A stretch of 62,756 nt of DNA, the filler included, from Hyphochytrium catenoides (Eukaryota > Protista > Hyphochytriomycota): NCBI GenBank assembly GCA_900088475.1. It is 8 parts of 8 records of this genome, joined end to end, with 100 filler letters (N's around TTAATTAATTAA, not from the genome) between each part and the next. Parts side by side here need not be neighbours in the genome. Positions count along the whole stretch, not along the records: positions 37,691 to 38,804 come from FLMG01001775.1; positions 38,905 to 42,179 come from FLMG01000289.1; positions 42,280 to 62,756 come from FLMG01001119.1; 5 more parts are not named here. One strand, written 5' to 3'. This document shows, in pieces, positions 37,691-50,024 of this stretch. How positions within the stretch are numbered: the first letter of the stretch is position 1; each line of letters opens with the position of its first letter. A program made the translations under genes and the position numbers. The notes beneath the pieces are model-generated. The model was given only the letters and a program-made list of their open reading frames with translations. It was not told the origin of the DNA and did not search any database.

Positions 37691-40600
37691 CCTGCTCCTC
37701 CCGCGCTGCTGCTGCCATCATCATAATGCTGCTTTACTACTACTACTGCAGTCATGTTGGAGGCCATTACTCAAGCTCTACTTCTTGCGTCTCTTCTGCA
37801 GCTATAACATATGGCATAAAAGTAGGTTGCCGCCAGTAGTCTTCTTAGGATTACTACCCCAACCCAGTAACAAAGGTAATTTTCGTCCGTAATGAGGGAC
37901 CTTCTTCCAACTGCTGATGATTGAGGCGATGACATAAAAAGGAGATCTATGGCTATGCGTAAGGGAAGTGAGGTCAGTTGCTGCGGATGCGGTGAGAACG
38001 GCCATAATACCCCAACATGTCCAACAAAAACGTAAAGGTTCTGTGCGGAGTGCCACCAGTAGACGTTCTAATGGTAGTAGCGGTAATAAATGGTAATAAG
38101 TACTACCATCATCGGCGACGACTGTTTCCGGGAGGTTGAAAGGGAACAAGATGATGGAGAACGAGGACGCGGCGGAGTCCGAGACGCGGCGTGGAAGAGA
38201 GGCCAACCGCTCGCAGGACTAATAAGGGCCATGATGGCAACAATTTGTCCATTTGGCAGTACTTTGGCGGTACTCTTTGACGACCACAACACCATCCACA
38301 CCACCAGCCAGGCTAGCAGAACAAGCGCAAGGGAATGGACAACAAAGAAAAGAGAATGGTAAAGCAGTCGCTACTAGTACCACAGCAGCAGTCGCAATCG
38401 GCAATAGAGACGAGCAGCAATTAGCACTGACACTCCAGCGGTTCGCAACAACAATGCTAGGGCAAACAGCAGTGTGTTATAGGTGCNNNNNNNNNNNNNN
38501 NNNNNNNNNNNNNNNNNNNNNNNNNNNNNNNTTGCAGGTTACTCTTCTATCTTCGCATTTCTCAGCTAGAGTGACTCTTTCATGAGGGAGACTCTTTCTC
38601 ACCTATGTATGGCAGTTAATAGACTTCTAAGTAGAAGATACTTTGCTCCTTGCGAGTGTTCCCGCGAAGTCTTCCTTTGCGTGGTGCTTGTCTGAACTGA
38701 GGCCTGGCCAGCCAAGGTACAGACAGAGCACCTTCTCTCTCTCTCTCTCTCTAGACCCGCCTCAGCCTCTCATGTTACACAGTGCTTCTGCTTCTGCCTC
38801 CACANNNNNNNNNNNNNNNNNNNNNNNNNNNNNNNNNNNNNNNNNNNNTTAATTAATTAANNNNNNNNNNNNNNNNNNNNNNNNNNNNNNNNNNNNNNNN
38901 NNNNGTGCTAGACGATGGGCCTCCTCTCGGGCAGTTATTAGGAGGAGACCGGCATCTCTTCGATGGGACTGCAGGGCAAAAGCGATAGATTAATTAACCC
39001 CGATGATGGTGGAGCAGCTCGTAGAGGGGCCAACGAGGAGATTATCGTGGAGGATAAAGCTCTTCCTTCGACTAAGCTTTTCTTCTTGCTGGAGAGTCCA
39101 TCAAGAAGGCCGGCAGGTGCAAACCAAGGACAGAGATCTCAGCACTTACGGCTTCCTATGTGGAGAACGAAGGCAGCAGACCGTTACTCTCGTACACTTT
39201 GGTGTTGATCTACTATTGAGGGCCACGCCGCACTGATGGCGAGGACAAGGAGGAGTCGAGGAGCTGCTGGCGCAGACACTACGAGCCCCAATTTTCCCAG
39301 GCTGTTGGAGCAGTCGCAGTCACCACGAGTTTCCCAGGTCCTACTAGCTCCTCAAAGAGCATTCCGTGGAGTTGATATGTTAGTCTTCTTCTGTCAGGAT
39401 AGTGCTACCAGGAGCGCGCGAGCGGAGCGCCGTGGCGGTGGCGACAGTAGAGTTAGTTAGGGACGGGGGACCTAGCGCGATCTTTATGTCTCTTGCTCGC
39501 CTAGTTCTCATTCCAGGCTGAGGTGACAATGGCTTCGTGAAGTGGGAAACAACCACCATCTCCTTCCTTTCTGTCTATGTATTATGTATCTATAAACCTG
39601 CTACCCGTGCTTTCTCATGCTTACCAGAGGTTGCTCATCGTATGATTGTCCCTCTTCGCTTGCCAGAGCGTCAAGCGGAAGATCTGCTTTCGATGATTAG
39701 CTCCTCTGTTCTCTCATCTTCTCCATTACCAAGTCAGTCATCTTCTAGTATCTTAGAAAGAGCAAGGCGGTCTCCTATAATCTATCTACACTCCATAACA
39801 TTGACAAATGATCAGTGCTGACAACATGCTCCAGCTGACCCATCACTCGGAATAGGAGATCATAATTTTCGCTTGGTTCAGGCAGCTCCGTAGTGCCAAT
39901 TTATTGGGATTGGATGGCTTCACAGAGTGTCAAGCACAAGAACCGCTTGCTGGCTTACCTTGTTACCGAGGAAGAAGAGTCAAGAGGGATGTGAGTCAAT
40001 GATAGTGTCTTTGTTTGTTTTTCTTTGACAAGATGAAGAAGTTAGTTCTATAAAGAGAGACATCGCATCAAGAGGACAGACTCTTCGAATAATCTTCAAT
40101 AACTAGTTCCACCATCGTAATGCATCCTTGGCTCACTTCTTTTCATGACAGGTTAGGCGTCTGCTTGCGACTATCGGTCGTCGTAGAGAACCTTATAAAG
40201 ATAAGGAGTGGAACAAATGGGAAGAGAAAGACGCTGTAAGGAGACGGGCTGGAGGTCACGATGACGCGTCAGCGGGACACGATCTCTGCTTCAAAGACGA
40301 TAGTAGTGAAGTTCTCTGCTTCCCACTCCTTGCTCTCAGCGGCTTAACCGTCCTGCCTGCGTTTTCTATTGACGATAACAGCAGCACAGGTGAAAACCGG
40401 TCGGCAACGAAGGAGATGTCGAACAGATGGATCTTGCACGATCTCTGCAGTCACGCTCCTCATGCTGGGGGTTTCTCCTGCCCTGCCATCATGATGAGTT
40501 CAAGCGCCGGGTGGAGCCAATCAGTCCCTAACCGAAGCCCTTTCTCCCCGCTATAGCTTCTGTTCCTTCCGTGCCCTAACCCCGGGTCCATTGTAAAAGA

Positions 40601-42179
40601 TGCCGCTGCTTTGCCGGCATTCATATGACGATTAGCACTAGACGTAAAGAAGAGGACGACGTGTTAGATCCTGTCCTGCTACCTGATCATTGGTATATAT
40701 TACTCCCCACGGACCAGGAAAGAGGCAATATGGTTTGGCGGCGTATCACAGGTACGGTGCGCTTCGTTCCCTTGCCAGGATGTTCGCTGGCTGGCTCTGT
40801 TGTTTGTCAGCAAGCTTTCAAACTAGCGATATTCTTTTAGTGGTAGCTGCCATCTGCCATCGCCCACTATCAGGAAACTCTTTCCTGTCACCCACCGCCT
40901 CAATGTCGTATCGTTGTTGTCTGACTCCTTCTCCTACCCTCAACCTCGCTCCTTCCTTCTCTTGCTCTTCAGTTCTCACCAATGGCAGCAGCATGGGCAG
41001 CTTCCGGCCCCTCAAAGATACATGGCGCTCACATCCTCAGGAAGAGGAAAGAGAAGGGTGCAGTAGAAAAAGGAGACATAGTAGGAGAGAGAGAGAACAT
41101 CGGAGTAACATGATCTGTTAGAGCACAGCACAGGAGAGTAGGCGAATATCACGCAGCTCAGCTGCTCCTGCTTCAATCACACGGAGTCACAGGCAATGGA
41201 TGTTTCAGAGGACGATTCAGATGTACTCAGATTATAAGGAGCAGCGGGAGGGAGCTTTTCTACTAAGGCCACTATCCTTCTCATTATCAACGAGCGCCAA
41301 AAGCCTCGCCACATCATGAAGCACTCAAACTTCCTAATGCAAAGCCCACCAGCCGCGCTCTGACGCATGATGCCAGCTGTGGCGCCACGACTCCTATCTC
41401 ATCCAGCTCTTCAGTAGCCATAGGCGGTAGCAAGCATCAAGCTCCATCAGTGGCCGAGCACTGCCAGCGCTGGCCCAGCTCTAAAGGAGATCGGTCTGTG
41501 CCTCAGACCAGCCAACAGCCATTCTAAAACAGACAGAGACTCCTGGTTCATCCAGTCTCGGGTCTCAACCCGATTCTTTCGGTATTGACACTTATATTCG
41601 TAGATTCCCCCATCATTGGTGTTTTCCAAAGTAAATGTCGAAAACTCTGGGATTGTCTTCGGTAGATAATAACTGCTTTCGGATAAAGATGAAGAGTGGC
41701 GGGAAGGGAGATCAACGTTTGAAATTTGCTGGCGCCGATCGGTGTTCCCTCCGCCTCTGGCTGTCGCCGTCGACCTCTTCTGTCTATCTCACTCCCTTCT
41801 GGTGGTTGTCCTCCCTTGTTATCTCAGCAGGACTTTCTCTACCTTCCGTGAGATCTGAGCTTTGATAAGCAGACCAGCAGGAAGGAAAGAGGCATGCCTC
41901 TTCTGTCTCGAGAGTGCTGAGAGATATGGGATCGATAAGGGAAGAAGAAGCAGATACCAGCCAAGATCGTCGACCCCAGAAGAGGCCGAAGAAGTCTTCA
42001 TCATTGCCGCTACCAGCAGTGACGAACGCCATCGGCTCCCAGGGGAGGAGGAATGCTTACAGGCCATCGTCAGCAGCAGCATTCACAGTCCTAACGAGCC
42101 CTGACCTCTTGCTGTACATCAGCGCATTGCAACGTGGCCGGAGGTACGCAGACTGGCACTCTGGCGATCAGGCTGCGGC
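37691..42179. mobile_element. Largely microsatellite-free contigs with degenerate coding-like sequence; probable TE remnant
   Basis: Composition resembles the element at 1-7908. Short frames with stops and splice-like signals; no recognisable domain. Contains a gap and a linker. Confidence 0.3.
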
Positions 42180-43602
42180 NNNNNNNNNNNNNNNNNNNNN
42201 NNNNNNNNNNNNNNNNNNNNNNNTTAATTAATTAANNNNNNNNNNNNNNNNNNNNNNNNNNNNNNNNNNNNNNNNNNNNAGAGAGAGAGAGAGAGAGAAA
42301 AGCGAAGAGGGAATAAAGCAGCAGGCAGCACAGAAGAAAGGAAGAAAAGAAAATCGTGACTGAGGATGCGTTGTTCGTTCTCTTCTGTCTCCTTTTCATC
42401 AATTTACTTACCAGACAGAGTTCTTTCTCTCTCTCTCTCTTCCACATCTAGTCTTTCTCTCTCTCTCTCTCTGCATGCTCCTCTGCTACCAGCTAAAAAC
42501 TAACATTAGCACGACACTTCTTAGCGGCTTTTTCTTGCCTCTCTTGCGTGTCTCTCCTAGGCGCGGCTATTCTCTTTCTCTCCTTAGCGGCGACCACATT
42601 AGATGGTTCTGCACCCAGCTTGAGAGCTCTTGCCTCCCTTTTCCTCTTTCTCTCTTCTCTTCTCTTTGATCTTTCTCATCTTTCTCTCTCTCGCCTGCGT
42701 AATGAAGTCGGAAGGAAGATTCTTCCAAGGCTGGACAAAGAGAAGTAGAAAAAAAGATGAGAGGGAAGACGGGCAAACATGAATACAATGTAATGAAGAG
42801 AGGTAACATAAAGTGGGAAAGAGAGGAAAACATGAGGAGATATTGACGGGTCTGTTAGAAGGTGATGTGAGGTATTTAAAGAATTGAAGAGGCGAGAGAG
42901 AGGTAAGCGAAGAGTCCGGCTGGTGAACGATCACACTCTCTTCTCCTCTATCTCTTTCTTTCAGAAGGAAGCGAAGTTATGCTGCTGACGCTGATGATGG
43001 AAGTTGACTGTCGTAGAGAGGCGGAGAGAACGAGAGAGAGGAGAAAGGAGAGAAAGAGAGTGAAGAATAAGAGAATAAAGGGAAACTGTACAGCTGTGTT
43101 CCTCAAAAAAGTTCGGCTCCGTCGTTATCTCCTGGCCCTCAGGCAGCACTCTCCCTTTCTTCGCTTTCTCCTTACTTTCAACCCTCTAGGACCCGTTTCG
43201 TCACTCTCCTCGGACAGCAGCCGCAGCGGCTCTCGCTGTGCTCTCTCTCTCTTTCTTTGTCCCTCTCTCTCTCTCTCTCTCTCTCTCCTCTCTCTTTCTT
43301 TNNNNNNNNNNNNNNNNNNNNNNNNNNNNNNNNNNNNNNNNNNNNNNNNNNNNNNNNNNNNNNNNNNNNNNNNNNNNNNNNNNNNNNNNNNNNNTCTCTC
43401 TCTCTCTGTGTTATATCTCTTCCTTCTCACTCTCTATCTCTTTCTCATTCTCTCTGTATCTCTTTCCCTTTCATCTTGCTTTTCTTTCATTTTTCCTCAC
43501 TCTCTCTTGTCTTTTCTGTCCCTCTGTGTGTCTCTCTCTCTCACATCCTCGTCGGTTACTGTAACGGTTCTGCGTTATGAAGTCCTTTCCCAGTACTGTT
43601 TC

Positions 43603-43700
<98 letters not shown>

Positions 43701-43857
43701 CTCGGTCGTATCATCGCTCTTCCCCATCCGTGTTGCTGTTTTGCCTATCCATCTCTTTTCGTGATCCTCATTGATGAGTAACTATCCTCCTCACCGCACA
43801 CTGTACATCTCTCTTCCTCTCTCTTCTCTCTCTCTTTCTCCTTTCTCCATCTTTCTT

Positions 43858-43888
<31 letters not shown>

Positions 43889-44310
43889 TTGTTTCTCTCT
43901 TCTCCATCTCTCTCTCTCTCGTTCTCTCTCTCACACTCTCTTCTCCCACACGATCCAATCTCTCACCTTCCATTAGCATCCATGACTTTGCTCTTGTTTC
44001 TTCCTCTCTCTCGTCGTCGGCTGTATATCTTCTATATCTCTATATCTTGTTTCTTTTCTTCTCCATTCTTCCATGGTCTCTCTTTCAACTCTCTCCCGTG
44101 TCAGACAGCTTCATAAGCAGCTCTTTCTCCATCTTTCTTTCTCTCTCTCTCTCTCTCTCTCTCACTGTTTTTCTCTGTTCGGTGCCGCCCTATTTTTCTC
44201 CTTTCTTTTGGTGCCTTGCTTTTTCTCTTCGCGGCCTTCAATCTCCCTCACGGAAGCATAACATCAAGGGAGAAAAGGACCAGAGAGAGAAAATTGAACA
44301 AGAGAGAGGG

Positions 44311-44376
<66 letters not shown>

Positions 44377-44717
44377 AGAGAGAGAGAGACACAGAGAGAG
44401 AGAGACCTGACTCATATCGCCGGCGCTCTGCCCATCAGGATCCTGCGGTTTAGTGTCAATGCTAAGCAGAGAAGTTCTGCTTTTATTCTCTTTCTTTCTC
44501 TTTCAAGAGACCTCTGATAAGCGGGAGAGAAAGGGAATTAAGAGAGAGAGAAAAACAAAGAGAGAGACTTTGGCGCCAAGGAATGAAAAGATTGAGGCAG
44601 AAGAGACAAGAGACACCAGAAGATTTAACTATTGTTAAGAGATAAGAATAGAGCGAGTAAGTGAAAAAGGAAATAAAAGAGAGAGAGGGAAAAGGAGAGA
44701 GAGAGAGAAGAGACATC

Positions 44718-44963
44718 ATGACCGTCCCAGGCGGAACAAGCGCCCGTGTTCAGCCTCTCCCTGGCTCTCTCTCCCCTTCTCTCCCTACGGATCTGTCTAC
44801 AGTTTCTCCCGCTCTCTCTACTTCTCCTCCCGCGGCCATGGGAGAGAGAGAGAAAGAGAAAGGTTTAGGACAAGGCCTGGGACCACAAAGACTGAGACGA
44901 TCTGCCTCCGCTCTGGATATGAAGATTGACAGCCCAGTGAAGCATGGGAGAAGGTCCGAAACT

Positions 44964-45017
<54 letters not shown>

Positions 45018-46151
45018 CCAACCCCCTCTCTCTCTCTCTCACCCTCTTTCTTTCTCGCTTTGTGTCTCTCTCTTCTTTCTCTCCGTTTTCTATCTCTTTT
45101 TCAGTCTCTCTTTCTCTGAGTCTTTTGCGAAAGGTTCATAGTGTCCTCTCTCCGTTTCTCTCTTAACACCTTCCCTGTTTTTCTCTCTCTCTCTCTCTTT
45201 CTCTTTCCGTCTGCCTCTCTCTCTTTCCTCTCCGTCTCTGCCTCTTCCCCTCTCTCTCTCCTCTCTTCTCTCTCATCCTTCTCTCTTTCTCTCCTCCTCT
45301 TCTTGCTCTCTCATTTGCTTCAGATCCTCAGCTTTGGCTGGTAAAATTGTCTTGGAAGGCGTCAGCAGTGAGCCTTCTCTCTCTCTCATGAAAGAGAAAG
45401 GCACGGAAGAGAAAGGAAAGAAAGAGAAAGAGAAAGAAAAAGGAGAGAGAGAGAAAGGAGAGAGAGAGAAGAACGAGAAAGAGAACGTGGCGAAGACTCT
45501 CATTCGTCGCGTTAGCGGTCTAATCTTAGGAAATCCCAAACCTCGTCGTCCTGTGGAGCTGGGAACAGAGAGCAGAATCTTTCTCGATAACGCGGAGAGA
45601 GAGAGAGAGAAAGAAGAGAGAAGAGTCGCGGAAGGTCATGCTTTGGAACTGGTAGCACAGGGAAAGAGAGAGAGAGGTCTCCTTGTCTCTTCTCTCTCTC
45701 TCTCTTCTTTAGATTATGACGATCTCTCTGCAACGCCACGTTTCTCTGTCTTTCTCTTCACGACGAAGAGAGGGAAAGGAGGCTCGGCCTTGGAAGAGTT
45801 CCAGAAAAGGCTGCAGAAAGAAATTTCCAAAAAGTTTTTCAAAGGTAAACTGCAGTTTAGGAGGAGAAGAGAGAAAAAGGAGAGAAGGAGAGAGAGAAAG
45901 AGAGACCAAGGGAGAAGAGAGACAGAGAAAGATTGTGGAAAGAGAGCTTGTGTGTGCGTGTGTGTGTGTGAGAGAGAGAGAGAGAGAAAGAAAGAGAGAG
46001 AAAGAGAGATGAGGAAGGAGAGGGAGAGAAAGAGACACTGAGAGAAGGAAGAAAGATATCCAGAGTCAAAAGAGGAGGGAAATGAGAGACAGAGAAAAAA
46101 TCGAAAACTTTGCATTCAAGAGAGCGAGGCAGAGCGCCAAGAGTGAGGAAA

Positions 46152-46183
<32 letters not shown>

Positions 46184-47016
46184 GGGGGGGGAGAGAGAGT
46201 AGGAGCAACCGGTAGTCCATGACAGGCGGAGAGAGACGATAGGAAGAGAGGAAAGGAGGAGATGCAGACATGCTAATAATATCTCTTTCTTTTTTCTCTC
46301 TCTCTTTTTCTCTCTCTCTCTTTTGTTCTCCTCTTTTTAGCTTTGGATCTACGGGAAATGCGGTTTACTATCCTTCAGATAGAGCTAAGAGAGGAAGCAG
46401 GAGGAGCACTGTCAGAAGAAAAGAGAACAGGAAAAAGAGAAGAGGAAGAGGACGAAGAGGAGGATCTTCTCTCTTCTCTATCTTCCTCTCTCTCTGCCTT
46501 GGGAGCCACTCCCTTTCTTTCTCCCCTCTCTCTCAAAGAAGAGAGTCCCCACTTCCTCCGGGAATGGGAAGAATGGAAAGAAAGACTCTTTTTCCTTCTT
46601 CCTCGGCCTCAGCAAGCTAAAGAGATTCCTCTTGAGCTGAAGCTCAAAGTGGAAGAGATTTCCCAGCCCTCGGAGGAAGAACTGAGTAAGGTAAGAATGG
46701 TAGACGAGAGAGACAGAGGGAGAGAGANNNNNNNNNNNNNNNNNNNNNNNNNNNNNNNNNNNNNNNNNNNNNNNNNNNNNNNNNNNNNNNNNNNNNNNNN
46801 NNNNNNNNNNNNNNNNNNAGAAAGAAAGAAAGAAAGAAAGAGAGACAGACAGACAGACAGACGGGAGAGAGAGCAAAAACAAAATTAGAAAGGTGGGGAG
46901 AATGAGAGAAGCGAACCTGAGAGAGAGAACAAGAGAGAGAGAAAGAAAAGAGTAACTGAGGAAAAGAAATGCTTTAAAGTGCTCGCAAAATTGTCTGACG
47001 CTTTTCTCCGTTTCTG

Positions 47017-47056
<40 letters not shown>

Positions 47057-48900
47057 TCTCTCTCTTATTTTTCTCTTTGCTTGTATCGCTCTTATTTTTC
47101 CTTAACTATTCTCTCTCTATATAATCCCTCTCTCTTTCTCTCTCTCTCTCTCTCTTGTACTCTCTTCTTCCCTCTCTCTCTCTCCCTTCTCCCTCTCAGC
47201 TGGAGATTATTGATGGGATCCGCGACTATGTTCCTCAGGTCTCCGAAGGTCGCAACCTCTTCGACGCTGTCTCCGTCCCTCTTTCCTCTCTTTCAGTTCT
47301 CTCTCATGAAGACGAGACAGAAGAGACAGCAGGAGAGAAATTGGGAGGAGAGAGAGAGGAGAGAGAAAAAGCGAAGAGAGGACCGACAACTGTCTACGGT
47401 CTGGACTATGACATTACAGGCACAGGCCTCAAGTTCCAAGCGGGAGACTGCGTCGCTCTTCTCCCGGAAAACTCTCTCTCTCTCGTGCAGTCCCTCTCTC
47501 TTCGTTTCTCTTGCTCTCTCTCTCACTGGATCACTGTCTCTCCAGCCAAGGTTCTCGTCTCGTCTGCGGATGAGACGCCTCAGTATCTTCCTGCTATGGA
47601 AAGGGTTCCCTTCCCTATTCCCTGTACCTACGGAGCCGTTCTCTCTCTTTATCTTGACTTACTCGCGCCTCTCTCTCCTAAAATTCTGCAGCATCTTGCT
47701 TGCTATACCACAGACGCTGACGTCAAAAATCGCCTTCTTCAGCTCGCGCACCCGATTTATGGAGACGACTTCCGCCGGTATTTTGAAGATTCCAGATTCG
47801 TGTCTGTAGTACAATTTCTATTGGAGACGCCAGAAATAGAGATTAATTTTGAAGCTTTCATCAACTTGATGCCGATTATTAAGCCGGTCTACCTGTCAGT
47901 GGCCAACGCACCCTACAAGACCCCCAACACTATCTCTCTGTGCGTAGGGCTCCCTTCCCTCCCCTGTTGCGCGTCTCCTCCTCCTTCTCCTTCCTCTCAT
48001 GCCGGAGCGCAACAATCTCCTTCTTCTTCTGTTGCTCTACTAAGTTCTTCCTCCTCTCGCCCTTCGCCTGGGAAGAACCAGGTGGCACCTCTTCTTCCTC
48101 ATGCAGGAGAGAAAGAGAAAGAAGGAGGTGGCTCTCCTCTCTCTTCGTCCCTCCCTCGTTCTCTCTCCCCTTCAAAGTCTATGGGAAAGAAGGGACCGTC
48201 TCTCTTCCATTCTTATCTTCATACTCTGGACCCGGAGAAAAGCTGCACGAGGATGACGATCGTTCCATCGCGTTTCCCTCTTCCTTCTCTCTCTTCTCCT
48301 CTCATCCTCATTGGAGCAGGAACCGGCATCGCCCCTCTCCGTGCTATTTTGCAAGCACGTCAGCATGAGAAAGAAGAGAAAGAGAGAGAAGAGAGAGACA
48401 GTAAGAAAGAGAGAGACGTCCAAGGGCTAGGAGACGGAGAAGCCAACCGAGAGAAGAAAGAGAGAGTCGGTCAATGCTTTCTCTTCTACGGCTGCAGGAA
48501 AGAATCTTCTGCGCTTTATCATGAGGAACTACAGAGTTTGAAGGGAGAGGGAGGTGTTCTCTCCGATCTCTTCCTGGCTGTCTCCCGTCCAGAACAGCGG
48601 AAGAAGAAAGAAATAGAAGAGAGAGAGAAAGAGGGAGAGAGAGAGAAGCTCTTCTCCTCTCCTCCTCTTCACATCCACGTTCAGCATCTTCTTCGCTCCT
48701 CTTCCTCTAAGATCTGCTCGGTTATGATGAGGGAAGAAGGCGTGATTGTTCTCTGTGGCAGGAGAAAGTTTGCGGAAGAAGTGAAGAGAGAGTTGGTTGC
48801 TTGTCTCGTAGAAGGAGAGAAGTTATCAAGAGAGGAAGGGGAAGGCGTGCTGGCTACCTGGCAGAAGGATGGCAGGCTACATGAGGAGAGCTTCGGATAG
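44718..48900 (+). CDS. Divergent NADPH-dependent diflavin oxidoreductase (CPR/NOS-reductase/MTRR/NDOR1 superfamily)
   Basis: Exons 44718-44953, 45324-45844, 46341-46690, 47200-48900, phase-compatible (intron 3 contains a gap). FNR-module motifs: FQAGDCVALLPEN, PLILIGAGTGIAPLRAIL, LFYGCR, AVSR, HVQHLL, VLCG, GRLHEESFG*. The flavodoxin-like region is degenerate. Confidence 0.85.
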
Positions 48901-50024
48901 TGAGAGAGAAAGAGAGAGAGAGAAAGAGAGAGAGAAAGAAAGAGTGAAAGAAAGAGAGAAAGAATGAGAGAAAGCAAGCGAGAAAGCAAGAGAGAAAGAA
49001 AGAGAGAAAGCAAGAGAGAAAGCAGAGCGAAAGAAAGAGAGAAAGACAGAGAGGAAGAAAGAGAGAAAGACAGAGAGGAGAAAGAGAGAAAGGAGAGAGG
49101 AAGAAAGAGAGAAAGAGAGGGAGGCAAAGAGAAGGGAGGCCGACAACACGAGAGAGAGCCATAACGAGAGCAGTGAGAGGAAGGAAGCAATAAAGCAACA
49201 AAACCTATTTGAATAGTCAGACAAAGTGGCGAATTCACATACCGATACGGAGAGGGAAAGAGAGAGAGAGACAGGGAGAGAAAGAGAGAGAGAAAGACCG
49301 CCCCAAAAAAAAAAGACGAGAGGAAAAATGAAGAAAAGAGGCAAGAGAAAAAGGAATAACGCGACGGCAGAGAGCTATGATGAGAGCAGTAAGGGGAACG
49401 GAAGCAGTTAACTAACAAACATCTCTAGAGAAGATAAGTCGCAAATCGATGTTCCGATAACGAGAGGAAGAAAGAAAAGGAGAGACAGGGAGGGGGAAGA
49501 GAGAGAGAAGAGACAGAGAGAGAAAGTAGAATAGGGAAGGGGAGACAGAGAGAGAAGGAGAGAGACAGATAAAAAAAGCTCCAGAGGTGGGAGATGGAGA
49601 ATTGGAGTCTGCCATAGAAGATAAGATTCTTGGAGAGATGAGAGAGAGAGAGAAAAGGAGAGAGACAGAAAGAGAAGACCTTGAGGGATGGGCAATGGAG
49701 CAAAAAGAGTCTGGCATGGTACGCTAAATTTTTATTGGAAATGACGCCTGGACGGTTGAGAACTGGCTGCTCTTTCCTCTAGCATTGTGCCCGAAGGAGA
49801 GAGAGTTATTGGAAAAACAGCCACAATGGAATATGAGGCAACAAAAAGCCAGAGAGAGATAAGAGAAGTGAGACAAGATTGGCCAAAAGAAGAACAAGGA
49901 AGAGGGGCCACGAGTATGGCATGGCAAGAGTTCTGCCGAGAGAGAGAGGAAAGGGACGGAGAAAGAGAAAGATAGACAAACATAGGAACTTAGGTAAACC
50001 GAGAGAGAAAGCTGGCAGCTCTTA

